Sequence record: NC_048182.1
DNA: 64,000 bases
Direction: 5' to 3' (one strand)
In this document: piece by piece, positions 1 through 10,324 of the stretch
Layout of the letters: each line of letters starts with the position of its first letter
How positions within the stretch are numbered: the stretch's first letter is position 1
Made by a program: the position numbers and the translations under genes
The notes under the pieces: generated by a model
Database searches by the model: none
What the model saw: the letters and a program-made list of their open reading frames with translations, nothing else
What the model was told of the DNA's origin: nothing

Positions 1-114
1 GGCTCCTTGGAATAGGAGACGGATTTGGTGCTTAATTCCCCCAATGGTGAAGTTGACCCATTGATGACCAAGTCCTTGATAACACAAAAACAACTGTAGA
101 GGTTTGTTGACATA

Positions 115-585
115 TTGCAACCTTTAGGCTATAATGAACTATTACAGAATGCGGTGGACACAGAGATGAACGTATTTTTACAGGAGCTAATTGATAGGTT
201 AATAAATTACCTAGTTAGGATCTCCAAAGGTGATACCTACGAAGAGAAGATCGAACAGCTTCTGAGAAAGACGCTCGTAATCACTTTCTTCACTATATTA
301 CTGACAGCTACGATGACTTCCAAGTACTTGGTATCAAGCTGGTACTTGCAAGACCTTGAAAGGGCTATCACCAAAATTGATCAATTCATGGGCACTCAGT
401 CCAATCAGATCAACCAGCTGTTCAAGATAAACAATGATTACATGGGAAGGCTTCAGAACTTCAGAGAAGCCACTGACGAAATGTTAGGCGACATGCGTTC
501 CCTTGATCAAGAAAATCAGGAATTAAAGAAAGAGAACAAGGAACTTCAAGATAAGCTCGACAAGAAAAGGAATATCAAAAAGTAA
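115..585 (+). CDS. Membrane-anchored coiled-coil protein
   Basis: 156-aa ORF with one hydrophobic segment (LVITFFTILLTATM) and a C-terminal heptad-like stretch (LDQENQELKKENKELQDKL). The start codon is uncertain. Confidence 0.6.
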   Translation: MQPLGYNELLQNAVDTEMNVFLQELIDRLINYLVRISKGDTYEEKIEQLLRKTLVITFFTILLTATMTSKYLVSSWYLQDLERAITKIDQFMGTQSNQINQLFKINNDYMGRLQNFREATDEMLGDMRSLDQENQELKKENKELQDKLDKKRNIKK

Positions 586-639
586 TTTAAGACAAGGATG
601 TCTATCAGTTGTTACATAACAATAAGTCAGGAACAAATA

Positions 640-2061
640 ATGAACATTGTTTATTACATAGTGAGTTCGTTTCTCAAAGATAAGGAGATAGGAGTATCTG
701 GAGGACACGGATATTCATATGACCCGACAAATGAGAGCAAACGTAAGCTGAGTAAAGATGTGCCTTCTGTGTACGGTTACTTTGTAAACGGTAACTATCA
801 AAGTATCGCAGTGGATATGGTTGACATCTATAACGGCCGTGTTCTGCGACGACCTAATGAAACAGAAGCATTCCTTCTTCATTTAGAAGCCATTATCAAT
901 GAGTGGCTGAAAGATAAGAAGGATAATGAAAAGTTGTTGGTTATTACAAACAGTGTCAAAGGACACAAGATGTTAACTAACAACAAGCACCCTGACAGTC
1001 TGAATGCGGAAGTATTCAAACGTGTGCACAGCCTCTGGAAAGAACATGAGAAAAACATCATCATTGATGTTGAGTATTATGCCAAAGGCGGCGAAGGTCC
1101 TAAAGTTGCACATAAGCAGATGGAAATGGCAATAGCACTTTGCAGTTTGCCAGGCTCTGAAGACATCGTTCTCGACAAGATGGACCTAAAGGCATATAAG
1201 GATCCCGAGATCGATTTCAATCGATTAGTCACTGCTTCTCGCTGGTACTTCAATACCGGTGATAAGTCTGACTTCTTCGATGTGGATGAGTTTGGTTACC
1301 GCAAATATACGTTCGGTCGGGTCGACCCTGACAAGAACTATTACGGCAAAGCAACTCCTGACGTTTATTATTCGGCACTGTATACCAAAACTCCTATTGA
1401 TATACTGGATAAGCTATTCCTGTTCTGTCAAAAGAACAAGCCCAATCCATACAACATTATGAGCGCTGGTAATCTCAACCATATCAAGTCTAAAGAAGTG
1501 GCGCGCATCATCGACACACTTCCTGGTACCTTTACCAAGACCGAACTGGTTGCACCGATGACAATCGGCAGTACTGAAAATGCGGCATTGGTTGAGTTTA
1601 TCGATCCACCTGGGTTATCGTACCGTATCCGTGACTTCCACGCGAAGCTGAACTTTATTCATACTTTCTTCCGTAAGCGGGATGAGAAAGGTGAGTATAA
1701 GAAAAACAAGTTTGTGGACATTACTGATCTGTTCTTTACCAGAGACCCGAAAGGTAAACTTAAAATCCATCCTGACTTTACCAACAACACCTTAAAGATG
1801 CAGGTCCCTATTGAAGCTCCCAATTGCGTGAAGCCTGTTGTCATTAACTTGTCTATCAAGTATGACACTCCTGAACGTAATGCTTTGAACTCTCTGATAG
1901 CCAACAAGGTAGAAGATGTCAAAGTGTATTTGGCGCTGGACTTCAATAATGACTCTGGTGTGAGTTATTGTACTATTGTCAGCACTCCTGACTTTGACTA
2001 CATTCATTCTAACAGCATTGCAAATTTACGTGTGTACTCTTTAAAAGAGTTAGGTAAATAA
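640..2061 (+). CDS. RNase H-like protein (phiKZ gp155-like), catalytic residues apparently degenerate
   Basis: N-terminal layout follows the RNase HI fold (IVYYIVSS...GGHGY; TEAFLLHLEAI; VITNS). Position near uvsX and vRNAP betaC matches phiKZ-like phages. Likely start is ATG 640, after CAGGA. Confidence 0.65.
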   Translation: MNIVYYIVSSFLKDKEIGVSGGHGYSYDPTNESKRKLSKDVPSVYGYFVNGNYQSIAVDMVDIYNGRVLRRPNETEAFLLHLEAIINEWLKDKKDNEKLLVITNSVKGHKMLTNNKHPDSLNAEVFKRVHSLWKEHEKNIIIDVEYYAKGGEGPKVAHKQMEMAIALCSLPGSEDIVLDKMDLKAYKDPEIDFNRLVTASRWYFNTGDKSDFFDVDEFGYRKYTFGRVDPDKNYYGKATPDVYYSALYTKTPIDILDKLFLFCQKNKPNPYNIMSAGNLNHIKSKEVARIIDTLPGTFTKTELVAPMTIGSTENAALVEFIDPPGLSYRIRDFHAKLNFIHTFFRKRDEKGEYKKNKFVDITDLFFTRDPKGKLKIHPDFTNNTLKMQVPIEAPNCVKPVVINLSIKYDTPERNALNSLIANKVEDVKVYLALDFNNDSGVSYCTIVSTPDFDYIHSNSIANLRVYSLKELGK

Positions 2062-2067
2062 CATATT

Positions 2068-2097
2068 CCCTTACCCTCCCGAAAGGAAGGGTAAGGG
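2068..2097. terminator. Conserved palindromic hairpin, CCCYTACCC/GGGTARGGG family
   Basis: cccttaccct-c-cc-gaaa-gg-a-agggtaaggg between convergent genes. Confidence 0.75.
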
Positions 2098-2110
2098 TTA
2101 TGTATGGTTA

Positions 2111-3154
2111 TTACAAGTTCTTCATCATTTCGTTAATGTAAGCAGTGGTTGCTTCATCGGTACTTGATTTGGCTTTACGCAATGCTTCTTTAACAATACC
2201 GTCAGTCATATCTTTCATCGCTTTCTGCGTTTGCGAGTTAATACTAATAACAGTATCTCGCCAAATACCCGCGATGTCAGTTAACAGACGGACTACGGCA
2301 ACCGCACGACTCAGTTGCTGCGCTTTGTCATCATGGCCTTTACCAGCTTCGTTCATCTTGTCCAATGCAACGGTAGCTTTAGCCAATTCACTTTGCGCTT
2401 CATCTGAAGCATATACTAGGTTTTCAATTTTCTTGGTAAACAAACCGTTACCGTTGACCAGCCATTTGTGATCAGAAAGACGAGCAGCGTCGGTAATGAA
2501 GTTCCAACGACCATCAAGACCCAATGACTCCAGAGTTGTACCGTCTGGATCGATACGACGGATTTCATCAACTTTGGAATTAAGGGTTTTTAATCGATTA
2601 CCAACTTTAGTAGAGATATCGGTAATGATTTCGCTTTCGATTTTAGCGAATATATCTTTAGGTGAGTTAACACCTTCGATTTCAACTTTGTTAATTTCTT
2701 CGTTGATTTTTGCTTTATCTTCAGCAGAAATCTTTTTGATGATGCGGTACTCAGCACTATCTTTATTGTACTCAATGTGAGCATCGATCCCGCGATCTTT
2801 TAATTTCTTGACCTGGTTAACCAATGCGATATCGGCACCAGTAATTTCTTTCTTGGCTTCTTCATATTTAGCTTTAGAAGAGCCGGTAAACCAACCACGG
2901 ATAGTCTTGATCAGATCTTTGATCCATTCATAGACTTTGCGAGCGCCACGCTTAACAGAATCCAGGAATCCTTCCTGACCTGCAAAGTCGATATCGTTCA
3001 AGGTGAATACAGTCATCGCATAACTGGCTTCATATCCTTCAACGGTAGCACCATGTCCAGCGGTTGCGATCGCTCCCAAACCTGCCGACAAGTTGTAAGC
3101 CATGTCGAAGTCAGTATGTAAGGATTCCATACCACCAATATGTTCGAATTCCAT
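2111..3154 (-). CDS. Virion head/inner-body-type protein with a protease-cleavable N-terminal propeptide
   Basis: 347 aa. The N-terminus carries repeated G-x-E motifs (GGMES, VEGYEA, AGQEG) followed by FLDSVKRGARKVYEWIKDLI, typical of phiKZ-like internal head proteins. Confidence 0.65.
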   Translation of the reverse strand: MEFEHIGGMESLHTDFDMAYNLSAGLGAIATAGHGATVEGYEASYAMTVFTLNDIDFAGQEGFLDSVKRGARKVYEWIKDLIKTIRGWFTGSSKAKYEEAKKEITGADIALVNQVKKLKDRGIDAHIEYNKDSAEYRIIKKISAEDKAKINEEINKVEIEGVNSPKDIFAKIESEIITDISTKVGNRLKTLNSKVDEIRRIDPDGTTLESLGLDGRWNFITDAARLSDHKWLVNGNGLFTKKIENLVYASDEAQSELAKATVALDKMNEAGKGHDDKAQQLSRAVAVVRLLTDIAGIWRDTVISINSQTQKAMKDMTDGIVKEALRKAKSSTDEATTAYINEMMKNL

Positions 3155-3163
3155 TATAGTTCC

Positions 3164-5308
3164 TTAGAAGAGGTCAGCCATCGTGACACGTTTAATTGAC
3201 GGGGAGTGATCAATATGATCGGTGATAAGATCGTCAGCAACCAACTCAGTAAGATCGTAGTTGGTGTGCATGGATTCAAAGCCGAGGAATTGACGCCAAT
3301 CCCACGCATTCGTTCCGATAGCTTTGACAGTAGAACCCGCCACCTGAGTAGGAAGCTTGCCACCACCAAGAAGAATTTCAACCTGCTCTTTAGACCATTC
3401 CATAATGTCAATAGAGCGAGAGGTAATGTTCTCTTCGTTACCGGTATCCAGGTCGATCATATTTACAAAGCATTCGGTATCTTGGCCTTTACGGTAGATA
3501 CGGGCGATAGTCTGCTTAAGCTCGTAAGAACGGAACGGAGCGTTCATTAAGATAAGCTGGTTAGCCATGATTAACGGGTAACCCTCACGTAAGGTATTGT
3601 AGGTTGTAATCAGTACAGGGATGGTAGGATCGTCCCCAAACTTGGTAACAACTTTATCAATGTCCTTACTGTTCTCGCCACTTACAGAAAGTGTTTTAAT
3701 TCCTTCACGTTCAAAGTAACGTTCGAGTTCTTTAATGACCTCGATATAAGAAGTAAAGATCACTGTCTTCTTCTTAACAGAAGCAATCATTGCAGGTAAC
3801 CCAGCATGCTCAATAATGTCACGCACAGCCTGCATACGCGCTTGAGACAGAACTCGACCTAATGCTTCACCACGAATCTTCAGACCCACATATTTCACCG
3901 CAGACTTAATGTGCCGGAAATACTTCAAGTCATCACCACGAAGTTCGTTTTCAATCTTAGCCTCTACCTTGTGGCAGAACTTAGATTTATCCACATCAGT
4001 GAAGTTGTTATACCCGTGTTTCTGGAAGTAGTTGACTATCTCGATATATTGATCAAGTTCAGCTTCTTCAACCATGTCGCCTGAAATCCATTGGCGGTAT
4101 CCGGTAACGTACTTGTTCCAGTCAGTGATGTACTGTGGCATCATTTTGTGATAGAACGATACACGTTCGGTAATGAAGTCCATCATCTCTGCACGGATGT
4201 TAGTCAGCGTATAGCGATCAGCACCATCAAACCCGACATTAACCATGATTGGTTCAGGAGGAGAATCCATCCCTTCAATTTTGGTAATGGTGTATTTGAT
4301 ACGACCCAAACGGTGAGCCAGCATTTCATTAAGGAATGCGTTGTCACGACCGTACATTTTCAGGAAGTCTTGCTGGACCAGTTTATCGAAGAATTTATCG
4401 ATAATGGTGAACAAGGCAAATGTTTCACGACCTTGAGCTTTAATAGGAGTACCAGACATAAACAGAACATCGGACACAAACTTGTGGGAACATAACTCGA
4501 TCAGCCCCTGAGTCTGTTGAGACTTATGCTCGTTGTAGTTATGGGATTCATCCACAATAACTTTAACCGGTTCTTTACCACCTTTAGTAACTTTAGTCAG
4601 GAAGTCGTCATATTCACCACTACGAAGGTTTTCCTTGTAGATGATGAAATACTCCTTGTCCAAGTTATCGATCATCCTGGTGCCGTCTAGAGACGTCCAG
4701 ATAGATGGTTTCTCCTTAAAGTACTCATTCGTCATTTCATTAACCCAAGGTTTATTAACCAAGTGTTTTGGAACAACGATAACGGTCTTATAAGGTGAGA
4801 TCATTGCAGACCAAACCAAGCTGGTGAATGTTTTACCTGAGCCAGGTTCGGCATCCAGTAAACAACCTCTCAGCTGATAACCGTATTTAATGCGCGAGTA
4901 ATCTTCAAGAAACTCACGTTGGTTTATAAAAGGAGTGAAACGGAATTTCTTCAACGCCTTATCAACATCATAAGGTGTGTACTTTTCGAAGGTAGTGGTG
5001 ATCCACGTCTTCGCTTTAATTTCGTCGTAGAGTTGTTTGTACTTATACATACCAACACGATAGCGATCAACCATACGCTTATTCTTGTTGTTAGTAAAGT
5101 GATCCAAAATCCATGCCAACTCAACCGTAAAGAATTTATGAATGCGGAAGCGTCGGTTGTTAACCTTGACAATCATTCGGTTGAATATAACCGAGGTGCC
5201 AAAGTTAGCTCGTAGATCTATTTCGAAGTGGTTTAAATTTATACCACTGACGTCATAGTAAGAGCCGACACTTTCCACACTTGGTGTAAAGCTAAAAAAT
5301 TCCAACAT
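3164..5308 (-). CDS. SNF2/SWI2-like superfamily 2 helicase
   Basis: Walker A LDAEPGSGKT, DExH VIVDESHN, motif III SGTP and motif VI QTIARIYRKGQ. Likely start is ATG 5308 (MLEFF). Confidence 0.9.
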   Translation of the reverse strand: MLEFFSFTPSVESVGSYYDVSGINLNHFEIDLRANFGTSVIFNRMIVKVNNRRFRIHKFFTVELAWILDHFTNNKNKRMVDRYRVGMYKYKQLYDEIKAKTWITTTFEKYTPYDVDKALKKFRFTPFINQREFLEDYSRIKYGYQLRGCLLDAEPGSGKTFTSLVWSAMISPYKTVIVVPKHLVNKPWVNEMTNEYFKEKPSIWTSLDGTRMIDNLDKEYFIIYKENLRSGEYDDFLTKVTKGGKEPVKVIVDESHNYNEHKSQQTQGLIELCSHKFVSDVLFMSGTPIKAQGRETFALFTIIDKFFDKLVQQDFLKMYGRDNAFLNEMLAHRLGRIKYTITKIEGMDSPPEPIMVNVGFDGADRYTLTNIRAEMMDFITERVSFYHKMMPQYITDWNKYVTGYRQWISGDMVEEAELDQYIEIVNYFQKHGYNNFTDVDKSKFCHKVEAKIENELRGDDLKYFRHIKSAVKYVGLKIRGEALGRVLSQARMQAVRDIIEHAGLPAMIASVKKKTVIFTSYIEVIKELERYFEREGIKTLSVSGENSKDIDKVVTKFGDDPTIPVLITTYNTLREGYPLIMANQLILMNAPFRSYELKQTIARIYRKGQDTECFVNMIDLDTGNEENITSRSIDIMEWSKEQVEILLGGGKLPTQVAGSTVKAIGTNAWDWRQFLGFESMHTNYDLTELVADDLITDHIDHSPSIKRVTMADLF

Positions 5309-5324
5309 CGTTAAGGGCCCTAAA

Positions 5325-6458
5325 ATGAGTGAACAAAAAGTAGAAAAGTTTCTGACCGAAGAAAACATCAATAACCTGGCCGCATACATTTTGAATTGCT
5401 GTCAAGATGCTGGTGATATGGGTCATATCGATGCGGAGTATCAGGAATGGCGTAATCGTTACAAAGTATCCCTGGGTCTGATGACTTGGCATATTTCTAA
5501 CGACTTCTTGCCAAAGTTCTGGTTGTTCCTGTCTCAAGGTGAAGAAGGTTGGGACAAAATCCAGGATGCGATTGAAGCAGAAGATGGTACCATCGCTGAG
5601 TTCGTAGCGCCTCTTCTTTCCAGTCTGGAAGAAGCAATGGTCGGTTATGAACCGGATGAATCTGATCCATTCTATAAACTTATGGGTATCGATTTCGAAA
5701 ACGTTGATAAACGTCTGCAAGGGTTGACTACCGCTGGTGCTGGTGTTATCCGTGATCTGGCAAGAACAGTGAATGCTGAGTTGGATCTGGTTAACAAAGA
5801 CCGTGACGTGGTTAAAGACTTCGATGGTATCCTGACTTTTGATACCAACCTGGGTAAAGACTTTAAACTTCATCTGTGCTTCGACAAGATTGCTCCGATC
5901 AATGAAGAAGGTGTGGGTATGGTTATGCGTACCCCGATGACAGAAGAAGACGGTAAGCTGTATCTGCGTGACAGCTACCCTAAAGTTCTGAGCAAGTTAG
6001 AACACATGAACAATCTGGTTAGCGCTTTGTTTGAAACCAAAGCAATCAAAGAGTCTCAGTACCTGACTGACTATACCGCAAGGGCTATTGATGTTCTGCT
6101 TACCAAAGCGTTCACGAACCAAGTGATCACGTACATCCAGTTCGGTGGTATTGATGACTGGCGTGTTCAGTCTAAAGACACACCAAACAACACAGCATGT
6201 TTCAAATATCTGGATGACGAAGTTGAACACATCATCAAACTGCTTGATGAACTTCCTAAACAGGAAGGTGTGGACATCTATTCCATCGATATCGATACGC
6301 TGGCTGTATTCGGTCGTAACAACGATAACAAAGTGGTTACCCCAGCAGTACAGGGCTTTACCGAACAGAAGCTCCTGCGTCGTTACAGCAAGGGATTTGA
6401 ACGTCTGCTCGCTATCCGTCTGGGCATGAGTGATAACGCTCACTTCTTCCGCGCATAA
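5325..6458 (+). CDS. Hypothetical acidic protein
   Basis: 377-aa ORF with phage-like codon usage, divergent from the helicase and ending before a family hairpin. Confidence 0.75.
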   Translation: MSEQKVEKFLTEENINNLAAYILNCCQDAGDMGHIDAEYQEWRNRYKVSLGLMTWHISNDFLPKFWLFLSQGEEGWDKIQDAIEAEDGTIAEFVAPLLSSLEEAMVGYEPDESDPFYKLMGIDFENVDKRLQGLTTAGAGVIRDLARTVNAELDLVNKDRDVVKDFDGILTFDTNLGKDFKLHLCFDKIAPINEEGVGMVMRTPMTEEDGKLYLRDSYPKVLSKLEHMNNLVSALFETKAIKESQYLTDYTARAIDVLLTKAFTNQVITYIQFGGIDDWRVQSKDTPNNTACFKYLDDEVEHIIKLLDELPKQEGVDIYSIDIDTLAVFGRNNDNKVVTPAVQGFTEQKLLRRYSKGFERLLAIRLGMSDNAHFFRA

Positions 6459-6467
6459 CAGTCATAA

Positions 6468-6500
6468 CCCCTTACCCCTCCTTCTGGAGTGGGTAAGGGG
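6468..6500. terminator. Conserved palindromic hairpin
   Basis: ccccttaccc-ctcc-ttct-ggag-t-gggtaagggg between convergent genes. Confidence 0.75.
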
Positions 6501-6509
6501 AATATGTTC

Positions 6510-7289
6510 TTAAAGTTTTTTGCTTTCTTCAACTTGAAGCTGCAACACACGAGTCAAGTCGGACAACAGGTTAACCATCTTACCCACAAAGGTAACATTA
6601 CCAACCAGGTCACTGATCGCATCATTCAATAGGTTACCGCCAACTTTATCGAAGATGATTTCGTTATTGTCAACTTTATCTTTCAGCAGTTTAACAATAT
6701 AGAGAACCTGATCGACTTGTTTTGCTACCAGCTCAACATCACGGGCTTGCAGTGTTTTCACCACACTGTTAAAGTTAGACCCAATGTTATAAGCCTCGCC
6801 AAAGTTAGGATACATATCCTGAACAGCGCGGGTGTAAATACCTGTATCAGATATCACCGCATTAAACTGTTCTTTGGTCTCATCAAACATAATGTTGTTG
6901 TCGATATTACGGATAGAGTGAGAAACTTTACCGCTCACTGCAGCCTGTTTAATATTACGATAAACAACATCAGCCTGAGTAGAAACCAACTTCAACATTG
7001 GGACTGCTCTCAGCACCAATGCTACGTAGTCTTTAAACGAAATCTTACTCGCATTAAAGAAAACTGGAGAAGGGATATGTTTGGATGCTACAGAAAAATA
7101 ATCATTCTTGGCAGCAAAATCTTTCCATACCTCAATCCCTTGAACGGTATGAACGGACTTGTTAAAGTTCTTAGCGTTGAAGGCGTCGACACCCAGGCTA
7201 ACTTCTTTAAAGAAGGATACTAAAGTCTCACCAAAAGTAAGAGCTTCATTGCCCTCTACCTGGGGAACAGTTTGTTCTTGAATAGACAT
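6510..7289 (-). CDS. Probable virion protein (phiKZ gp153-like position)
   Basis: Adjacent to and divergent from uvsX. N-terminal VEGNEA cleavage-like motif. Likely start is ATG 7289, after GGAG. Confidence 0.55.
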   Translation of the reverse strand: MSIQEQTVPQVEGNEALTFGETLVSFFKEVSLGVDAFNAKNFNKSVHTVQGIEVWKDFAAKNDYFSVASKHIPSPVFFNASKISFKDYVALVLRAVPMLKLVSTQADVVYRNIKQAAVSGKVSHSIRNIDNNIMFDETKEQFNAVISDTGIYTRAVQDMYPNFGEAYNIGSNFNSVVKTLQARDVELVAKQVDQVLYIVKLLKDKVDNNEIIFDKVGGNLLNDAISDLVGNVTFVGKMVNLLSDLTRVLQLQVEESKKL

Positions 7290-7352
7290 GCTATGGCAAA
7301 CTCCATTAGTGTGATTCTGAAACGTTTCATAACATTTAAACATAGGTGATAC

Positions 7353-8828
7353 ATGCTTTCCGCATTAAATTTTTTAAAGGACTATGGTTCTGAATCTAAC
7401 CTTCAAATCGGTCTGAACGTTAACTCCATCTTTGACCTGCTAACAACCAGCATGATTAAGGGTAAAGATGGTGTTTGGTATCAGAACGGCGGACTAATGC
7501 CTATCAACGCACTGGCAGGTGGTAACAACACCCAAAAGACCGGTCGTACTGTAACTGATGTAGCAGCACTGTTACACCGCTTCCATAAAGCAATTATCCT
7601 GTACGGTGATACTGAATCCACTCTTGATGTTTCTCGTCTGGCAGAAAAAGTGGACGAGCTGTACGGTGAAGAAGGATACTTCGAGAAATATATCGAAGAT
7701 CAGCGCTTCATCTATATGCCTAACTCAGCAGGCATGGACGGCACTTATTACCACAACAAGATCAAAGAGATTTATGTTAACCTGATGGCGTTGTCTGAAT
7801 CCAAAGATAAAGCTGAGCAGGAAGCATATAAAGAACTCTTCTTTGAAACTCCGTTCTGGTCTAAGAAGCTGGAGAAGTACATTGAGGAACGTCACCCAAT
7901 TCTCTTCATCTGTGACTCAGTCTCTGAAGTTAACTTCGATGACCTGATGTTCAAACAGTTCGAAGATGGTGACATCGATGCCGGTGGTAAGAAACGTACT
8001 CGTGATATGGAGATCGGTAACTTACGCCGTATCTTGATGTCTGACGTTTGTACTCTGGGTCCTCGTGTTGGTGTTCGTTCTTATTGGATCGCTCAGTCTG
8101 CTGATGTGATCAACATGGACGGTAAGCCAAAAGAGAAAGACTCTACCTTCTTGCGTCATAACAAAAAGCTTCAAGCTCCGAAGGCGATTCTTAAACTTCC
8201 TCATATCGGTGTGGAGATTATCAAAGGACAGGTCATGAAACAAACTGACCACTCTGCGATGTATCCGCGCGGTAAAGAGTCAACCATTTCCTCTAATGCT
8301 AAACAAAACCCGGAACTGGTTAAATATCTGACTACGGTCTTCCGTAACAAGTCAGGTAGCTCTGGTGGTGACTTGAGTTTCGTTGCATCCCAGGAATTGG
8401 GGATCATGCCTTACCTGTCAATGTACGATACTCTTAAAGAGTACGGTTACTTTGGCCTGGATGGTTCTGCTGTTCGTCATGCTTGTTCATTGATGCCTGA
8501 CACGACCATCATGCGTACCACTGTGCGCGATCTCTTAGAAGGCGAGAACGCAAACAAGAAATTACAACGCGCCATTGAAATCGTCTTCCACTATTGGTAC
8601 CAAACCACTTTCTGGGATAACTTCCCTGACAACTGGAAAATGAAACCTTCTGAGTTGTTTGAGAAAGGTAAAGAAGTTGGGCTGGATTGGGACGACGTAT
8701 TTGAGAATACCGTTTACTACTGGTGTACTAACCCAGAGATCAAAAAGACTAAACACACGCTGACCATTTTCGAGTTGATGGAAATCCTCGTGAATGGTAA
8801 AAAACCATATTGGAAGGATAAAAAGTAA
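7353..8828 (+). CDS. uvsX: UvsX/RecA-like recombinase
   Basis: Walker A ALAGGNNTQKT, YGDTESTL and Walker B FICDSVSE. Size and position are like phiKZ gp152. Confidence 0.85.
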   Translation: MLSALNFLKDYGSESNLQIGLNVNSIFDLLTTSMIKGKDGVWYQNGGLMPINALAGGNNTQKTGRTVTDVAALLHRFHKAIILYGDTESTLDVSRLAEKVDELYGEEGYFEKYIEDQRFIYMPNSAGMDGTYYHNKIKEIYVNLMALSESKDKAEQEAYKELFFETPFWSKKLEKYIEERHPILFICDSVSEVNFDDLMFKQFEDGDIDAGGKKRTRDMEIGNLRRILMSDVCTLGPRVGVRSYWIAQSADVINMDGKPKEKDSTFLRHNKKLQAPKAILKLPHIGVEIIKGQVMKQTDHSAMYPRGKESTISSNAKQNPELVKYLTTVFRNKSGSSGGDLSFVASQELGIMPYLSMYDTLKEYGYFGLDGSAVRHACSLMPDTTIMRTTVRDLLEGENANKKLQRAIEIVFHYWYQTTFWDNFPDNWKMKPSELFEKGKEVGLDWDDVFENTVYYWCTNPEIKKTKHTLTIFELMEILVNGKKPYWKDKK

Positions 8829-8829
8829 A

Positions 8830-9195
8830 ATGTCAGAGTTTAGCTATGATTACTCGGTCCTGGTTGTCGTCGAACCCGAGTTTTTGGGAAAAAGTAAAGA
8901 TGCAGACGCGTACGTAGAGAAACTCAACAAGTTCCTCACCACTCGAGCTGGTGAATCACGTTTGCGTAGTGTATCAGTTACAGGCTCTTATGGCCTTCCT
9001 GGTTGTGACCACTTGGAAGTGGATGATCGCAACAAAACTGCTTTTATCAAGTCTCTCGATGATCATTTGACTCAATTCGATGAAATTGTGATCATCACTA
9101 ACTTTGAGAAGGAACCGTATCTTGATGCGTTAAATTCTCGAGCGGATGAATTCTCGAAAACTATCACCTATTATGGTTATGAGACTCGAGTATGA
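8830..9195 (+). CDS. Hypothetical protein
   Basis: ORF tightly coupled between uvsX and RNAP betaC. Likely start is ATG 8830. Confidence 0.7.
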   Translation: MSEFSYDYSVLVVVEPEFLGKSKDADAYVEKLNKFLTTRAGESRLRSVSVTGSYGLPGCDHLEVDDRNKTAFIKSLDDHLTQFDEIVIITNFEKEPYLDALNSRADEFSKTITYYGYETRV

Positions 9196-9869
9196 AAAAC
9201 AGAAAAGAGATCGAAGCTGATGTCCTGTTCTTAGCCGAAAGGTTTACTCAGGGCAAAGGTAACGTCGAACTCTATACTGAACTGTTTGGGCGTTTAGAAG
9301 ACGCCCAATTTAAGGAGTTCTGGAACAAGATTTGCGACTCTGGATTTATTCCAATGTTTGTGGATAACTTCAATATGAAGGAAGCCATTAACTATGACCA
9401 TATGGTCAAGGTCGCAATCGAGCTGGATATTCCTTTAGAGCAACAGCTTATTATTACTGACCCCGATACCGGACTTGAACACACCACTCCAGAAACTTAT
9501 CTGGTGGGTATTGCTGAAGTTCGTAAACAGCGTCAGTTACAGACCAAGAAGTTTGGTGCCGCCAAACACGACCATGAAACTGAAGACCTTACAGGTCAGC
9601 CTACTGGTGCTTCTAAAGCCGGTGGTATCTCTAACCCAGAGATTCAGGTTCTGCTGTCCCTTGGTCTTCCTACATTGGCTAAAGAGCTTGCTGATGTGCG
9701 TGGTGGTGATGCCGGTGCGTATCGTGCATATAAAAGTGACATCCTGACTTCTGGGGTTGCTTCAACTGAATCTGCACTTCAACGTGGTACTGGGGTTAAG
9801 TCACTTCAAACTGCGCATTACTTGTTACGTGGTCAGCATCTCGATAACGATCTGGATTCACGAAACTAA
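9192..9869 (+). CDS. Virion RNA polymerase beta subunit, C-terminal part (phiKZ gp149-like)
   Basis: EDLTGQPTGASKAGGISNPEIQVLLSLG corresponds to the RpoB C-terminal [24 protein letters not shown] motif. Confidence 0.85.
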   Translation: MKNRKEIEADVLFLAERFTQGKGNVELYTELFGRLEDAQFKEFWNKICDSGFIPMFVDNFNMKEAINYDHMVKVAIELDIPLEQQLIITDPDTGLEHTTPETYLVGIAEVRKQRQLQTKKFGAAKHDHETEDLTGQPTGASKAGGISNPEIQVLLSLGLPTLAKELADVRGGDAGAYRAYKSDILTSGVASTESALQRGTGVKSLQTAHYLLRGQHLDNDLDSRN

Positions 9870-10324
9870 TGGAACAGCTTGATATTCATTTACGCCTCGT
9901 TAGCATCTTAACTAAAGAGATGGAAACTGAGATTCTTATTAACTTAGATTCTTCTGGCTTTTGGAAGAAAGCTAATGCAATCGTGTTTGAGGAATCTCTT
10001 CCATCTTTCCGTGAAGGACTCACTACTCTGGTGGAATCTCTGGGTGAAGATAAAGATGCGTATAACTATTTTAGTTCAATGGTTACACGCGTTATGTCTG
10101 ACCCTAATACCAGACCAGCTTTAGAAATGTTTGTCAAAGGGTTTGACATGACTGTGGAAGACCCTGTGTTAGGCGATGGGTTTAATTTTAAAGCTAGTGA
10201 CCTTAGCCCTGTCGCACAGCTGGTCTTGTATATCAGTGTTCACCGTAACCTGGTCACTTTGGCAATGTTTGCTAAAGATCAAGAACCTTCTGGTAAATCT
10301 CGACAAAAGAAAAACCCTAAATGA
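9869..10324 (+). CDS. Hypothetical protein
   Basis: 151 aa, stop/start overlap with both neighbours. Confidence 0.7.
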   Translation: MEQLDIHLRLVSILTKEMETEILINLDSSGFWKKANAIVFEESLPSFREGLTTLVESLGEDKDAYNYFSSMVTRVMSDPNTRPALEMFVKGFDMTVEDPVLGDGFNFKASDLSPVAQLVLYISVHRNLVTLAMFAKDQEPSGKSRQKKNPK

